Assembly (NCBI RefSeq): GCF_963921235.1
Contig: NC_086108.1
Span: 58,468,001-58,532,000, forward strand
DNA length: 64,000 bases
Direction: 5' to 3'
DNA from: Mobula hypostoma
Lineage: Eukaryota
The notes under the pieces are model-generated. The model had not been told where the DNA came from. It saw only the letters and a list, made by a program, of their open reading frames with translations, and ran no database searches. Both the position numbers and the translations under genes were made by a program. Below, in pieces: positions 25,401 to 38,962 of the stretch. The first letter of the stretch is position 1; every line of letters starts with the position of its first letter.

Positions 25401-28400
25401 TTCTTTTTACATTCTTTATATTCCTCGAGCACCTCATTTACTCCATGCTGCCTATATTTATTGTAGATATCTCTTTTTTTGAACCAAGTTTCCAATATCC
25501 CTTGAAAACCATGGCTCTCTCAAACTTCTAACCTTTCCTTTCAACCTAACAAGAACGTAAAGATTCTGTACTCTCAAAATTTCTCCTTTAAATAACCTCC
25601 ATTTCTCCATTACATTCTTCCCATAAAACAAGTTGTCCCAATCCACTCATTCTAAATCCTTTCGCATCTCCTCAAAGTTAGCCTTTCTCCAATCAAAAAT
25701 CTCAACCCTGGGTCCAGACCTATCCTTCTCCATAATTATATTGAAACTAATGGCATTGTGATCACTGGACCCGAAGTGCTCCCCAACACAAACCTCTGTC
25801 ACCTGACTTATCTCATTCCCTAACAGGAGATCCAACACTGCCCCTTCTCTAGTTGATACCTCTATGTATTGCTGCAAAAAACTATCCTGCACACATTTTT
25901 TACAAACTCCAAACCATCCAGCCCTTTTACAGTATGGGCTTCCCAGTCTATGTGAGGAAAATTAAAATCTCCCACAATCACAAACTTGTGCTTACTACAA
26001 ATATCTGCTATCTCCGTTCAAATTTGCTCCTCCAACTCTTGCTCCCTATTTGGTGGTCTATAATACACCCCCATAAGTGTTACTACACATTTCCCATTCC
26101 TCAATTCCACCCAAATAGCCATCCTAGATGTGCCCTCTAATCTATTCTGCCAGAGCACCGCAGTAATATTTTCTCTGACAAGCAATGCAACACCTCCCCC
26201 TCTTGTCCCTCCGATTCTATCACACCTGAAGCAATTAAATCCAGGAATATTTAGTTGCCAATCACACCCCTCCTGCAACCATGTTTCACTAATAGCTACC
26301 ACATCATACTTCCAGGTATCAATCTATGCTTTAAGCTCATCCACCTTTCTTATAATGCTCCTAGCATTAAAATAAATGCATTTAAGAAATTTTCCATCTC
26401 TTATTCTCTGTTTATCATTAACGGTGGAAACAACTTTACTAGTTTCTTTTTCTTCCTTCTTCCCGACAAAGAATCTGTAGAATCCCTTGGGATTCCCCTT
26501 CACCTTGTCTGCTAGAGCAATCATGCTGTCTTTTAGCCCTCCTGATTTCTTTCTTAAGTGTTCTTTTGCATTTCCTATATTTCATAAGTACCTCATTTGT
26601 ACCTACCTGTCCATACCTGCTTTGTGGCACTTTTGTTTTTATCCAGGGCCTCAATATCTCTTGAAAACCAACGTTCCCTAAATCTGTTATTGTTACCTTT
26701 TATTCTGACAGGCACATAAATGCTTTGAACTCTCAAAATTTCATTTTTGAAAGCCTCCCATTAATCAGGTGCACCTTTGCCAGAAAACAATCTATCGCAA
26801 TCCCCACTTGGCAGCTCCTATCTGATACCATCAAAATTTAGAATCTGAACCCATGGACCAGACTGATCTTTTTCCATTTTTACTTTGAAACTAATGGCAT
26901 TTTGATCATTAGATGCAAAGTGTTCCCCAGCACAATCTTCGGTCACCTGCCCTGTCTCGTTCCCCAATAGGAGGTCAAGTATTGAAACTCTCACATTGGA
27001 ACTTGTATGTACTGTTTAAGGAATCTTTCCCGAATACATTTGACAAACTTTATCCCATCTAGCCCTTTTGTAGTATGGGAGTCCCAGTCAATATATAGGA
27101 AGTTAAAATCACTTTCAATAGCAACCTTGTGTTTTTTTTCGTAATCATCTGCGATCTCTCTACAAATGTGTTCCTCTAAATCCCGCGGATTGCTGGTTTG
27201 TCATACCTTTCTTATTCCTCAATCCACCCATAATATGTCATGAGATGAATTAATCTAATCTGTCTTGACTGAACACTGCAGTAAGTAATACCGCCCCTTC
27301 TCCTTTAATCCTTCCTGCCCTGTCACGGAATTCCAGAATTTTGAGCTGGCAGTCCTGCCCCTCCTGCAACCAAGTGTCACTAATAGCTATAAAATAATAA
27401 TTCCATGTGTTGTTCCATGCCCTGAGCTCATTCGCCTTTCCTACGATACTTCTTGCATTGAAATATACACAACTCGGGACACTAGTTGCACCGTGCTGAA
27501 CCTTTACATTCCTCACTTTGTCTGAGGTCTTATCAACATGTCTTCACAACCTCTCCACTATCTGTTCTGGCACTCTGCTTCCCATCCCCCTGCAAGTCTA
27601 GTTTAACCTCCCACCCCTTCCCCGTGCAGCACTAGCAAACCTTCCCATGAGGATACAAGACTCCCTCCAGTTCAGCTGCAAACTGTCCCTTCTGCACAGG
27701 TCCCACTGTCTTGTGGAGGAGAGCCCAATGATCCAAAAATCTGACACCCTCCCTCCTGCACCAACTTCTTAGACACATGTTAAACTGTATGATCTTCCTA
27801 TTTCTAGCCTCACCAGCATGCGGCAGGGGTGGCAATACTGCGATCACAACCCTGGAGGTTCTGTCCTTTCATTTTAACTCCCTGAACTCCCTATGCAGAA
27901 CCTTGTCACTCTTCCTACTCATGTCATTGGTACCTACATGGACCACAACCCCTGTCTGTTCACCCTCCCACTTAAGAACACAGAGAACTCAATCCGAGAT
28001 GTCCCGAACCGGGAGGCAAGGTACCATCCAGGAATCTTGTTCTCATCCACAGAATCTCCTTTCTGTTCCCTTATCACCAGAGCTCCCCTCTTCTCCCTCC
28101 TTTCTTTCTGAGTCACAGAGCCAGATTCAGTGCCAGACACCTGACTGCTGTGACTTTCCTCTGCAGTATCCAAAGTGGTCTACCTGTTGTTAAGGGGGAT
28201 GGTCACAGGGGTACTCCACACTGGCTGTTTAACCCTTTCCCCTCCCTGACTGCCACCCATTATCCTGTGTCCTGCACCTTTGGTGTAACTACGTCCTATC
28301 TATCACCCCCTCAACATCTGGAGTGATCCGGAATTTATCCAGTTCCAGCTCCATCTCCCTAACACAGAGCATTAGAAGCTGCAGCTGGATGCACTTCTTG

Positions 28401-28750
28401 CAGGTGAAGTAGTCATGGATACTGGAGGTCTCCATGTTTTCCCACATCTTGCAAGAGGAGCATTGAACTATCCTGCCTGGCTTTCCTACTGTTCTAATGA
28501 TGCAAATATAAAAAAGGAAACAATAAATAAACTGGAAAAAAATCAGCCTGCAGCTTTATTGCCCCCCCACCTTCCTCAAGCCTCTCCTCGCTCTAGTCTC
28601 AAAGAGCTAAAATCTGAAAATCCCCACTCTAGCACTGTCTGCTCCAACCATGGGTCGCTCTGCTTGCCCCCGGCTTATTTTAATTTGTTCTTGCCAATCA
28701 ATCCTTATTGCTGGTTGGACACTTCTCAAAAAACCAAACTGCCATGAATC
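22488..28750 (-). mobile_element. Older CR1 (22488-23512 plus ~26473-28750, including ORF1 remnants), interrupted by younger CR1 insertions
   Basis: Sequence reads through gctcttaatata|tctgtagaatcccttgg across the younger insert; YFNARSIVGKA and esterase remnants at 27250-28450. A short CR1 3' end is nested at ~22841-23000. Confidence 0.8.
23513..26464 (-). mobile_element. CR1 LINE, near-complete ORF2, truncated close to the ORF2 start; disabled
   Basis: APE and RT ORFs; the YADD motif is hit by a stop (WMSK*ADD at ~24424); same subfamily as 14797-20002. Confidence 0.95.
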
Positions 28751-29267
28751 GATGCCTTGCGTATTCACGTGGTGAGCCTGTGAGAGCTGTTTCTTCTCAT
28801 ACTTCCGATCGTTGATTGATTGCTGCTGATTGAGTATATCTGAGCATTTCCCTTTTGAAGGCCACAGTGGATCCTGCTACCACAATGTCTTCAAATATTG
28901 TTCCAATATGCTCTGTTCTTGTGCAACTGTTAATCATCTCCCCTTTATTTTATACCTATGATCTCAAATCCTTGACCTCTTCTATCCACTTAAAGGAATA
29001 ATCTCCCAAATCTAATTTATTTGGACCCCTCTTTGTTTCAGAAGCTCTTATCAAATCCCCCTTCATTTGCTTTAAAAGAATACTCTTACTGCCTTTGAAA
29101 TCTTATTTGTGTAACAGTAACCCTACTTCCCAACAATCACTTCCATGATTTTTTTCCCTGAATCCCCACTGCTACCTTGCATCTTTCTATAATGTAGTGA
29201 ACAAGACCTCGAGTCAAGGACAAACCAGTGTGTTATAAAGATTCATCATGACTTCCCTGCTTTTATA

Positions 29268-29770
29268 TTGGAGTATTGTCTTCAGTTTTGGTCACCCTGT
29301 TTTAGGAAAAATGTGATTAAACTGGAAAGACTGCAAAAAAGATTTGCAAGGATATTACCGGGACTTGAGAGACTGACATGAGGGAGAGGTCAGACAGATT
29401 GGGCATTTACCCCTTGGAAGCAGGAGACAGAGGGGTGATTAAAATCACAAGGGGCGTAGATAGGCGAGTGATCTATTTTCCAGGGTTGGGGAATTGACAA
29501 CTGGTGGATATAGTTTTAAGGTTACAGGTGAAAGGTTACAGATAAGAACTCGAGGGTCAACTTGTTTTACACTGCATAGTGGATATATGGAGCCAGATGC
29601 GAGAGGAGGTGGTTGAGGCATCCATTAGATGCATTGGACAGGTATATGGATGATAAATTTGGAAGGATATGGACCAAGGGCTGGAAAATGGGATTAGCTT
29701 AAATAGGCATCTTGGTTGGCACGGATAATTTTGGGCCGAAGGGCCTTTTTCGTGCTGTATGTCTCTGTAG
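29268..29770 (+). mobile_element. Old CR1 3' fragment
   Basis: LEYCLQFWSP-like start and a typical CR1 3' end (gggccgaagggcc...gtgctgta). Confidence 0.7.
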
Positions 29771-30444
29771 TCCATCTCTTTGGTAAAGCCCAGAACTGTC
29801 TACACTTATTAACTATTTCTTCACCTGCCCTGATGTTTTCAATGATATGTGCACACTTACTCTCGGATACCTCTGCTTCTGCATCCTTTTTGGACAATAT
29901 TTTTAATTTTATATTCTCTGCTCACATTCTTCGTTCATTTCACATTTCTTCACAATAGACCATTTATAATGCATCTGGCCATATCACCAACCTTCTTGTG
30001 TCCTGCCATAATTTATCTCTATACTTTACATTTCACAGTACATAGAACAGAGCAGTATAGTACAGGCCCACAATGCTTTGCTGACATTTTACTGTAAGAT
30101 CAATCTAGCCTTTCCTTTCCACATAGCCCTCCATTTATCATTCATCCATGTGCCCATCTAAGAGCCTCTTAAATTCCTTAATCTATCTGCCTCAACCACC
30201 ATCCCCAGCGGTGTCATGTACTTATCACGCCGTATTTTAAAAAGCAATACCTCTGTGTAAAATCCCTTTTATATTTTCCCCCCAATCGCCTTAAAAACAT
30301 ATTCTCTCGTACTGGTCATTGTCCCCTAGGGAAAAAGACATTGTCGTCCTCTCTGTTTATGCCTCTTATCATCTTATACACCTCTATCAAATTGCCTCCC
30401 ATCCTTCTTCACTGCAAAAGGAAAAGCCCTCACTCACTCAACAG

Positions 30445-32643
30445 TACCAGTCCAGGTGCTGAGGCACCCAGTGCTCCCTCAGCACCATTGCCTCCCTTCC
30501 TCCCTCCTCCCCCCCCTCCAATTCAACAGGTGGATTTTAACACAGGCTACCACTGTCTACATCTTTTCCTTGCCCTGCATCTACCATCCACACCTCCACG
30601 TACCAGCCGATCTTCACCTCTCCCAGCCCCTACCTCCCAGCAACTCCCCAGTCATCGTGGACTCCTCTTCACTACTGAGCAGGTGAGAAGGGCTCTGGGG
30701 AAACTCAGACATGGCAAAGCATTGGGACCATATGATGTAAACCCCAAGGTCCAGGAGGAGTGTGCTGAGCTGTAATGTGGAGTACTCCAGCGCATTTTCA
30801 ATATGAGTCTCAGTCTAGCAAGGGTCGTGACTATGTGGAAAACATCTTGTGTGGTCTTTGTACCGAAGGAGGGCCACCGGAAAGACTTGAATGACTACCG
30901 TCCAGTGGCTCTGACCGCACACATCATGAAGACTGTAGAAAGATTGGTCCTGGCTCACCTCCGACCCCTGGTCAGATCGGCCGTCGATCCCCTGCAGTTT
31001 GCCTACTGGGAGCACACTGGGCTCGACAGTGCTGTCATCTACCTGTTCTGCAGAGCATCCTCCCATTCCAATAAGCGGGGCAGCACTGTGAGGGTCATGT
31101 TTCTGATGTATCAAGTGCCTTCAGTACCATACTGACCTCTTTGCTGGGGAGAAAGCTCCATTCAATACAGGTTGGCACTTCCATTGTATCCTGAACAATG
31201 GACTACCTGACTGGCGGACCATAGTTTGTGCGGCTTCAGAGCTGTGTGTCAGACATAGCTCTAAGCAGCACTGAGGCCTTACGGGGAACTGTATTGGCTC
31301 CCTTCCTGTTCACCTTGTATACCTTGGACTTTAGGTACAACACTGAGTTATGTCATCTGCAGAAATTCTCTGACGACTCAGCAAAAGTTAGGTGTACAAA
31401 GGGAGGATGGAAAGATAAATACAGGTTCTGGTTTTTGGACTTTGTCAAATTGTGCAAGCTGAATCATCTGCAGCTCAACATCAGTAATGAAGCTGCGTGT
31501 TTGCTGGTGGCTGTGTGCCCAGTGGCACAGAGCTTGGAAAAAGTGGCGCAACAGACTTTTAAGACCATAAATTGGCGAGTTGTTTTGTTATGTCTGCCTC
31601 TTGCAGTGAAACGGGGGCAGCTCTTTTTCCCTTATTAGTGAGAGAGAGAGTCTGTGGTATGTCAAATACCAGGTGAACGAGTAGTCTTTGGGATACTGCA
31701 AGTCTGTGTCTTTATTGATGCTTTGTTGCACGCTTGAGTGCTTGGTGGGGGGGGGCGCTGATGTTTTTTTGCTAGGGAGGAGGGGGGTTGTTGCCTTGTT
31801 GCTGTTTGTGTGTGGGAGGGGGGAGCTGGGGGGGGGTCTTTGGGGTTCTAACATTTAACTGTCATTCATTCTTTGGGGCACTCCTCTGTTTTTGTGGACA
31901 TTTGCAAAGAAAAAGAATTTCAGGATGTATATTGTATGCATTTCTCATTAAATGTACCTATTGACCTATTGATGGGCTTTAGGAAGACCAAGCACTGTTC
32001 CGTTGGTACTGATGGTGAGGACCTACAAGAATCTGCGGGGGGAAACCTGGATGACAGACTTGAGTGGAGTGCCAACACAGAGGCTGTGTACAGGAAGGGC
32101 CAGAGTCACCTCTATTTCCTGAGGAGACTGAGGTCCTTTGGAGTATGCAGGTCTCTCCTTCACATGTTCTACCAGTCTGTTGTCACCAGTACAGTCCTCC
32201 ATGCGTTGGTGTGCTAGGGTAATGGCATCAACACAGGTGATGCCAACAGGCTCAATAAACTGATTAGAAAGGCTGCCTCTGTTACAAGAGTCAATCTGGA
32301 CACATTGGAGGCTGTGGTAGAACAAAGGAATCTACGGAAAATCCTGGCAATTCTGGAAAATGTTTCTCATCCTCTACATGCCACCTTGGCTGAACAGTGG
32401 AGCACTTTTAGTAACAAACTAAGACAACTGTGCTGCTCCAGAGAGCGCTGTTAAAGGCTGTGCCTCAGCCATTAGGCTCTATAATGAGCTAATCTATAGC
32501 CGGGGAAGAGATTACCCTCTTCTGTTGGACTGTTAGTGGTAACTTATTTTTATTCTTTCTACTCTCCTAATATTTATGTCTGTGTACTTGTATTGCTACT
32601 GTGACACTGTAATTTCCTTTGGGATCAATAAAGTATCTATCTA
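30445..32643 (+). mobile_element. Rex1/Babar LINE (RT region and 3' end), interrupted at ~31488-31971 by an unrelated non-coding retroelement tail
   Basis: LNDYRPVALT, DPLQFAY, LQKFSDDS, LYFLRRLRSF motifs; (TATC) tail. The insert ends in (CCTATTGA)2. Confidence 0.85.
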
Positions 32644-33857
32644 CCCATCACTTTTGAATAATTAAGTTATAACTCTCTTTGACTAGTCATAGTCATACTT
32701 TATTGATCCTGGGGAAATTGATTTTCGTTACAGTTGCACCATAAATAATAAATAGTAATAGAACCATAATAGTTAAATAGTAATATGTAAATTATGCCAG
32801 TAAATTATGAAATAAATCCAGGACCAGCCTATTGACTCAGGGTGTCTGACCCTCCAAGGGAGGAGTTGTAAAGTTTGATAGCCACAGGCAGGAATGACTT
32901 CCTATGACGCTCTGTGCTGTATCTCGGTGGAATGAATCTCTGGCTGAAACTCAAATTCTTCAATATTTTCCTCAAGATATACCTCAAATACTTCAGTATT
33001 TTCATGTGAATATGGTTTGATCATATTCTATTTAGAAATAAAATGACACCTGGCTGAGTTTATAGATAATTAATTTCACGCATTATTAAGCAATCTGCTG
33101 CAATGCCTTGCTGTAGTTTTGTCTTGAGATAGTTCTTTTTTCTGCCACTGCTTGTATAACCTAATTCTCCACTATTCATATCAGCAGCAATAGATAGTTT
33201 CCTACTGTGAAAGGTTCCCTTCCATGAAGAAACACACAATTACTCTGATTCACAACTTTGTCATTAAACTTGCATGTTGAGGATATGTGCCCTTTATTGG
33301 CAGTTAAAAACATTTTGCAATTTGGATCGGTGTCGATTTGTGCTTATAGATTCTGTTCTGCAATTCAAACCTACACTGGTGCTCAGTGACTATAAACTAC
33401 ATTTATTTTTACATCTTGCATTAGACAATGTAGTGTTTTAGCATTGTTTTATGCAGTGACCCTGTTGATGGTGACATTTGCAAACTGACTCAGCTCTTTT
33501 GTAAAATTCCATATGATTAATAACTACATTTTACTTTTCTCATTAATTAAAGTATAAATGTATCATGCAGCACTCAATATACAAAACAGAGCTGCCAATG
33601 TTGCAGTGCCTGAGGCATGTCCTTCAGTGAAAAGTGGCAGCCTTCTCTGGCTTCCAGCTCTTTATTTCAGATCTGCGGTTCTCTATAATATCTGATGGTT
33701 TGGAATTGCAAATAAATTGACTTTCCATTTTTTCACTCAAGTGAACATTTTTTGGGGTGTCAGTGGTTCAATAATGTGGTCTATGTTTTGAAATCCATTT
33801 TGATTAGAAGACTGTCTTTCTATACTTGTGTCACTGTGTGCTGGTGTATTCTCACTA

Positions 33858-34061
33858 ATGCCCGCTGGTGGTGTAGTGGCATCAGAACAGGACTTCGAGG
33901 CGAATGGTCCAGAGTTTGAATCTGGCCAGCTCCTTGATTCCATCCGTGCAAGATTGAGCGTCAAACTAGCAACTCGGCCTAGTGAAAAATAGTCAAATGA
34001 TACGAAAATGGCAAAAATGTCACCCAGTGGGCTACAAGGTACGAAACAGGACAACAACAAA
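33858..34061 (+). mobile_element. tRNA-headed SINE with RTE-like (CAA)n tail
   Basis: A-box-like GGTGTAGTGG, B-box-like GAGTTTGAATC, ACAACAACAA tail; 8-bp TSD TCTCACTA at 33850-33857 and 34062-34069. Confidence 0.75.
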
Positions 34062-34199
34062 TCTCACTATTATTTCTAATTTCCATTTGCCGTGTTTGCA
34101 CCAGGTCCTACAGTCATGCCATCACGTGTTCTGTTTGAACTTTTAAGAAGTATGAAGAACTTGTGGATTACACAGTGCTGGTTTTTTGAACTAGTTCAA

Positions 34200-34478
34200 C
34201 TGGGGCACGTATGGGATGCCACTGTACCAAGAGCAGTTAGTGTGACGTCATTACAGTTCGAGGTGTCTGCAGTAAGGAGTCTATGTACATCCTCCCCATG
34301 GAATGCATGGGTTTCCCCAGGTGCTCCGGTTTCCCCTCACAGTCTGAGGATGTGTCGGGTAGGTTAATTTGTCATTGTAAATTGTCCTGTGATTAGGTTA
34401 GGGTTATATTGGGGTTGTTAGAAGTAGCTGAAAGGACATGAGGGTCTATTCCATGCTGAATCTAAATAAATAAATAAA
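34200..34478 (+). mobile_element. HE1/V-SINE-like SINE
   Basis: gtgctccggtttccc..cacagtc...ggttaatt.gtcattgtaaattg central domain; (TAAA)n tail. Confidence 0.75.
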
Positions 34479-36574
34479 TGCACTGCCACGAATAGACCAA
34501 AACATTTGTGTTAGGTCTGCAAACCAGAAAATATTTTTTATTTGACTATAAATTTGTGATTCATAAATTAAAGTCAGCATGCCAATTGATGTTTTCTATC
34601 ACAGGGCAAATACAGTATTTTGGTGTACACTCATCAGTATTTGTGGGAATTGAAAAATATAAGCTTGTTATCCGTCTTTCAGTACAAACTGCTTTAGTGT
34701 TGCTTTTTGGATCAAAGAAATGGGGTTTCAGGTCACCATCCAAAGAGATGTTTTGTTCAATGTTAGCTTTTTTTTTGGATTATGCATTAAGTGTTAGAAA
34801 AGCTGAGTTGTAAAATAATTCTTAAATATTAACCAACATTTGGAACTGTTTCGTTCTCCATAAAGCAAGCAACCACATTAACCTTCAGTTCTAACATTGA
34901 ATTTAATCTAATTATTTCACCCCTATAACCTTCACAAATTCAATTTGTTTGGAGTCTTGAAACATGTAGAGTACAATTAACTTATTTTGAGTTGACTTGT
35001 GTAGCCTGTCTAACCTTGATGTTCTGTGATTGTAAGATTTGAAGTGGATTTGAAATGTAATTTGAGCTCAGTGTTTGTGCAGTAATTAATCTGCAGGTGA
35101 GGTTCATTGGGAAAGGAAACTATAGTTAGGAAGGGAGGATTAACATTTTTCTTCATGATATATAGCTGACTTGCTGGTGCTTGTAAAATCTGAAGAGTCT
35201 TGGCAGAGTTAAATATGATAGAAAACGCCTTCCACATTGATTCCAAGACAAAAATTTGAAATTCAGTAGAGATAATTCGTTTCAGAAGTTTATTGGAATG
35301 CTATATATGTCACATGGTACAGTGGAGCACAGAAACAGGTTGTTTCATACCCCAATGTTGATAACGAATTAAACTGTCGAACTTTATTCATTGTTACCTT
35401 GTTGGACCTCAAAGGACCTGTGTAATGTTCTGATGTGTGTGAACAGCGTGCAAGATGAGCTGTTCATTGTATCTTGGTGTATGTTATTTAATTAAATCAA
35501 TTCTAATTTCTTGGTCCTTCTTTGAGTTTTAAAAAGGCCTACAACTCTTTTAATCCAATTTTATTTCACACCATATTTATTTTCTTCTGTCAACACACTC
35601 CCTGTGGTATTTTTACTTTTAAGGAGTGTTCTTCAACATCTTAATGTGAGAATCAGACTGAGATAATTATCACTGACTTAAATGCCATGAAATTTATTAT
35701 TTTCCAGCAGCAGTTTGGTACCAAGATAGAAAATTATTATACAAAAATAAATACTGTAAAACAAATGAAGAAATGAGATGGTGTTTATGGGCCATTCAGA
35801 AATCTGTTAGCAGAGGGGAAGAAGCTGTTTTTGAATTATTGAGTCTTCTGGCTTCTGTACTCCTCCCCAGTGGTAATAATGAGAATTCATCTTCCACCTT
35901 ATTATAGCAAGTTTTAGTCAACCAGTCTATCTATACATTAAGGTCTCCTATGATTACTATGCTACCCATGTCACATATACACCTCCTTTTCCAGTTTAAG
36001 ATGATGCTACCAAATACGTGTGGCAGCTCACTGGTACTTCGAAAGGCGAGACATTGGAGGAAAATGACACCTTTTCTGAAGTAAATTGTAGTAAATTATC
36101 ACTGCAAACAATGAAGAGGCGAGTGAAGGCAAAGCTGATTGGAGGGATGACCCGTGCTGGTGCATTGCAAACTTGAAGCGTGACCTGTTTGATATGGGGT
36201 CACAGATGGAGTTGGAGTGAGATTGTCTCAAAGTTAAAGCTCTCCTGTCTGCTCTGCCGCTTCAGCTACGCATTCATCTGCCCTAGTCTTTTTCAGTTTC
36301 TGTTGGTACCTGCACTGGAAGTAGTGTGATTACTACCACTGATGCCTTGCTTTTTAACCTTTTTTTTCTATATTTTTAATCTCTGAAGGCCTTATAGATC
36401 TAAAGGCCTTATCACTATCCATACTTGCATTGGTAGTTCTAACCAATTCAGGATTTCTAGCTATTTATCTCTTAATTTTATGCTGCTGTGCAGAAGTTCA
36501 GTGATTTCTTGACCTTGACACCATAACAAATACCTCTCTTGGATTTGTGCCTATACCCACGGAGATTCTTGTCA

Positions 36575-37410
36575 AGTCATGCTTATTGATGAATATAGAA
36601 ACCTAGAAACCAGATAACATTTCTCCAGACTAGGGTGTATAGTAACACACATAACACATGATAAATTATAAAGGTAAGGATAAAATCTATCGATGAATCT
36701 CACATAAGTAACAAACTAAAGTGCATTAATATTAAATATTGTAAAGTACGGAACAGAATAACCAGTGACACTAAATACAGTGTGGCTGGGAGTTCAAGCC
36801 TAATAGCCTGGGGGAAGAAACTGTTTCTCATCCTGACTGGTTTTGTTTTTATGCATCAGAGTCTCCTGCCTGATGGTAGAAAGTCAAAGAGGATGTTGGA
36901 TGGATGGGTGGAATCCTGAATAATACTTAAGGGCCCTGTGTATGCAGTGCTCCTGATAAACGTCCCCAATAGATTGTAGGAAGACCCCTGTGATCCTCTC
37001 GGCTGTTCTCACAGTCCTCTGTCGAGACTTCTGATCCGATGCTCGACTGCTCCCATACCAGATGGAGTGCAACTTGGCAGGAAGCTCTCATTGGTGCTCT
37101 TGTAAAACGCAGTTAAGATGGGGTGGGGGTGGGAGCCTCGCTTGCCTCAATCTTCTTAGGAAGTGGAGCTGCTGCTGTGCCTTCTTGTTCAGGGAGGGGA
37201 TATCAAAGGACCAGGTGAGGCCATCCGTGATGTGAACTCCAAGGAACTTGGCTTACTTAACTCTCTCTACGAAGGAGCAATGTATTCGCAGAGGGGGATA
37301 TTTCATCTGTACCTTCATGAAGTTCATGATGATTTCCTTAGTCTTCTCCATGTTCGGGCTTGGGTTGTTCTTCTCACACCAACCCATCAGAGGCAACACT
37401 TCCTTTCTAT
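36575..37410 (-). mobile_element. Rex/L2-group LINE 3' fragment
   Basis: WYGS...QRTVRTAERITG and KFLGVHITD-like remnants on the minus strand. Confidence 0.7.
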
Positions 37411-38419
37411 TTCTCTAACAATTAGTTCTCTTGGTCACTACTGTTCTTTCGCTCTTTGTGTTTCCCTTCTGTTTAGTTCATGCACTTGTGATACCATACT
37501 CCCAGCCCAGGCCGCACTTCTCTGAGGAACCATCATTCCCAAGTGTGTTCAAAGGGACAATCTTTTAGAGTAACATTGACTTGGAGGATACCTTCACTAT
37601 TTGCCTCGTCGTTCTCATCTACAAAGCATTCATCGTGCCTTCTCCACTGATGGGAGAATAGGAGTGTGCACTGCTCAAGAAATTCTCAGCTTTGCTGATG
37701 TGCTACCGTAATTTCAGTCTCTGCTCCAGCTCCTGGTTTGCTCACAAGTGTGAAGAGAAGCCATTGTTTGAGGCAATAGTTCCAAACTGATTAAAAAAAA
37801 GACAATTAATCTTGTAAGTGTGTAAACAAGAACAAGTTTGATTATAGATTGCAATCAAAATGTCTATTTATAAAATTTGGGTAAACCAAGTGTGGGAGCT
37901 TGGGTTATGTGGCCGCTAAACTAAAGAAATTCAAACATTAAATTTTGGAGTAGACATGGTAACAGCAACATGTTTTTAAAAGTCACATTTAAATACAGTT
38001 GTCATCTACATCAGCCTATAAAATTTGTCAGTGTTGTGGGTTTCCGTTGTCTTGCGTTGCATGTGCATAACAATCCATGATTTAAGTATCAAAAGCTGAA
38101 GGCTGGCGGCAGTTCTTATCAGATCCATGGACAATGGTAAGTGAGTTTAAGTCAAAATCAAATTTATTGTATGCACAAGTACAGGTATGCACTAGAATAA
38201 TGAAAAATTTACATGCAGCAGCATCACAGGCACGTAGCAGTAGAGATGCAACATTCACAAGGAAAATATAAATTAAGCATAAATTAAAAAGAATTTTAGA
38301 AAAAACACAAATAGAACAAAAAGAACTACATTATAATGCAAAGTAGTCATGGTGTTGCTATACCAAGGTTGTAATTAGGGTTGAGCAGGTTAAAGAAAAT
38401 GAATAGTTGAAGAGAAGTA

Positions 38420-38610
38420 ACACACATCGAAGTTGCTGGTGAACGCAGCAGGCCAGGCAGCATCTCTAGGAAGAGGTACAGTTGACGTTTCAGGCCGAGA
38501 CCCTTCGTCAGGACTAGTCTTCCTAGAGATGCTGCCTGGCCTTCTGCGTTCACCAGCAACTTCGATGTGTGTTGCTTGAATTCCAGCATCTGCAGAATTC
38601 CTCATGTTTG
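38420..38610. mobile_element. Penelope-terminus mini-insertion forming a hairpin
   Basis: ~55-bp inverted arms (38419-38474 and 38518-38573, 1 mismatch); 15-bp TSD AGTTGAAGAGAAGTA at 38405-38419 and 38611-38625. Confidence 0.9.
38480..38515 (-). ncRNA. Hammerhead ribozyme motif; core intact, stem I closing pair mismatched
   Basis: Minus strand: agtc-CTGACGA-agggtctcggcct-GAAA-cg-TC-aact. Confidence 0.55.
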
Positions 38611-38962
38611 AGTTGAAGAGAAGTAGCTATTCTTGAAGCTAATGGCATGAGACTTCCAACTTCTAAACGTCCTGCTAGATGGCAGCTGTGAAAAGATGGC
38701 ATGGCCCAGATGGACAAAGAGCAGTATTTCAATGAAGAACTCTCAATTTCTGAAACGCCATTTAAATGTTTATATAGAATTTGGTACTGAATTCAACTTG
38801 GTTTGCAGCCGAGTCTGTGGTACCGTAAAAAAAAACTTGTAACCAAACACCTGACTATGATGTAGACATCACATGCAGTGCAAGCGGTATCTGTGCCACG
38901 ATTATTAGGCGGCAGGAACATATTTTTCTGATTCGGCAAATGTACTGGTGAATCACCTGGTG

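Noticed and set aside
33858..33930. tRNA gene
   Set aside because: A/B-box-like motifs only; it continues into a SINE body with tail and TSD, and I could not fold a cloverleaf.
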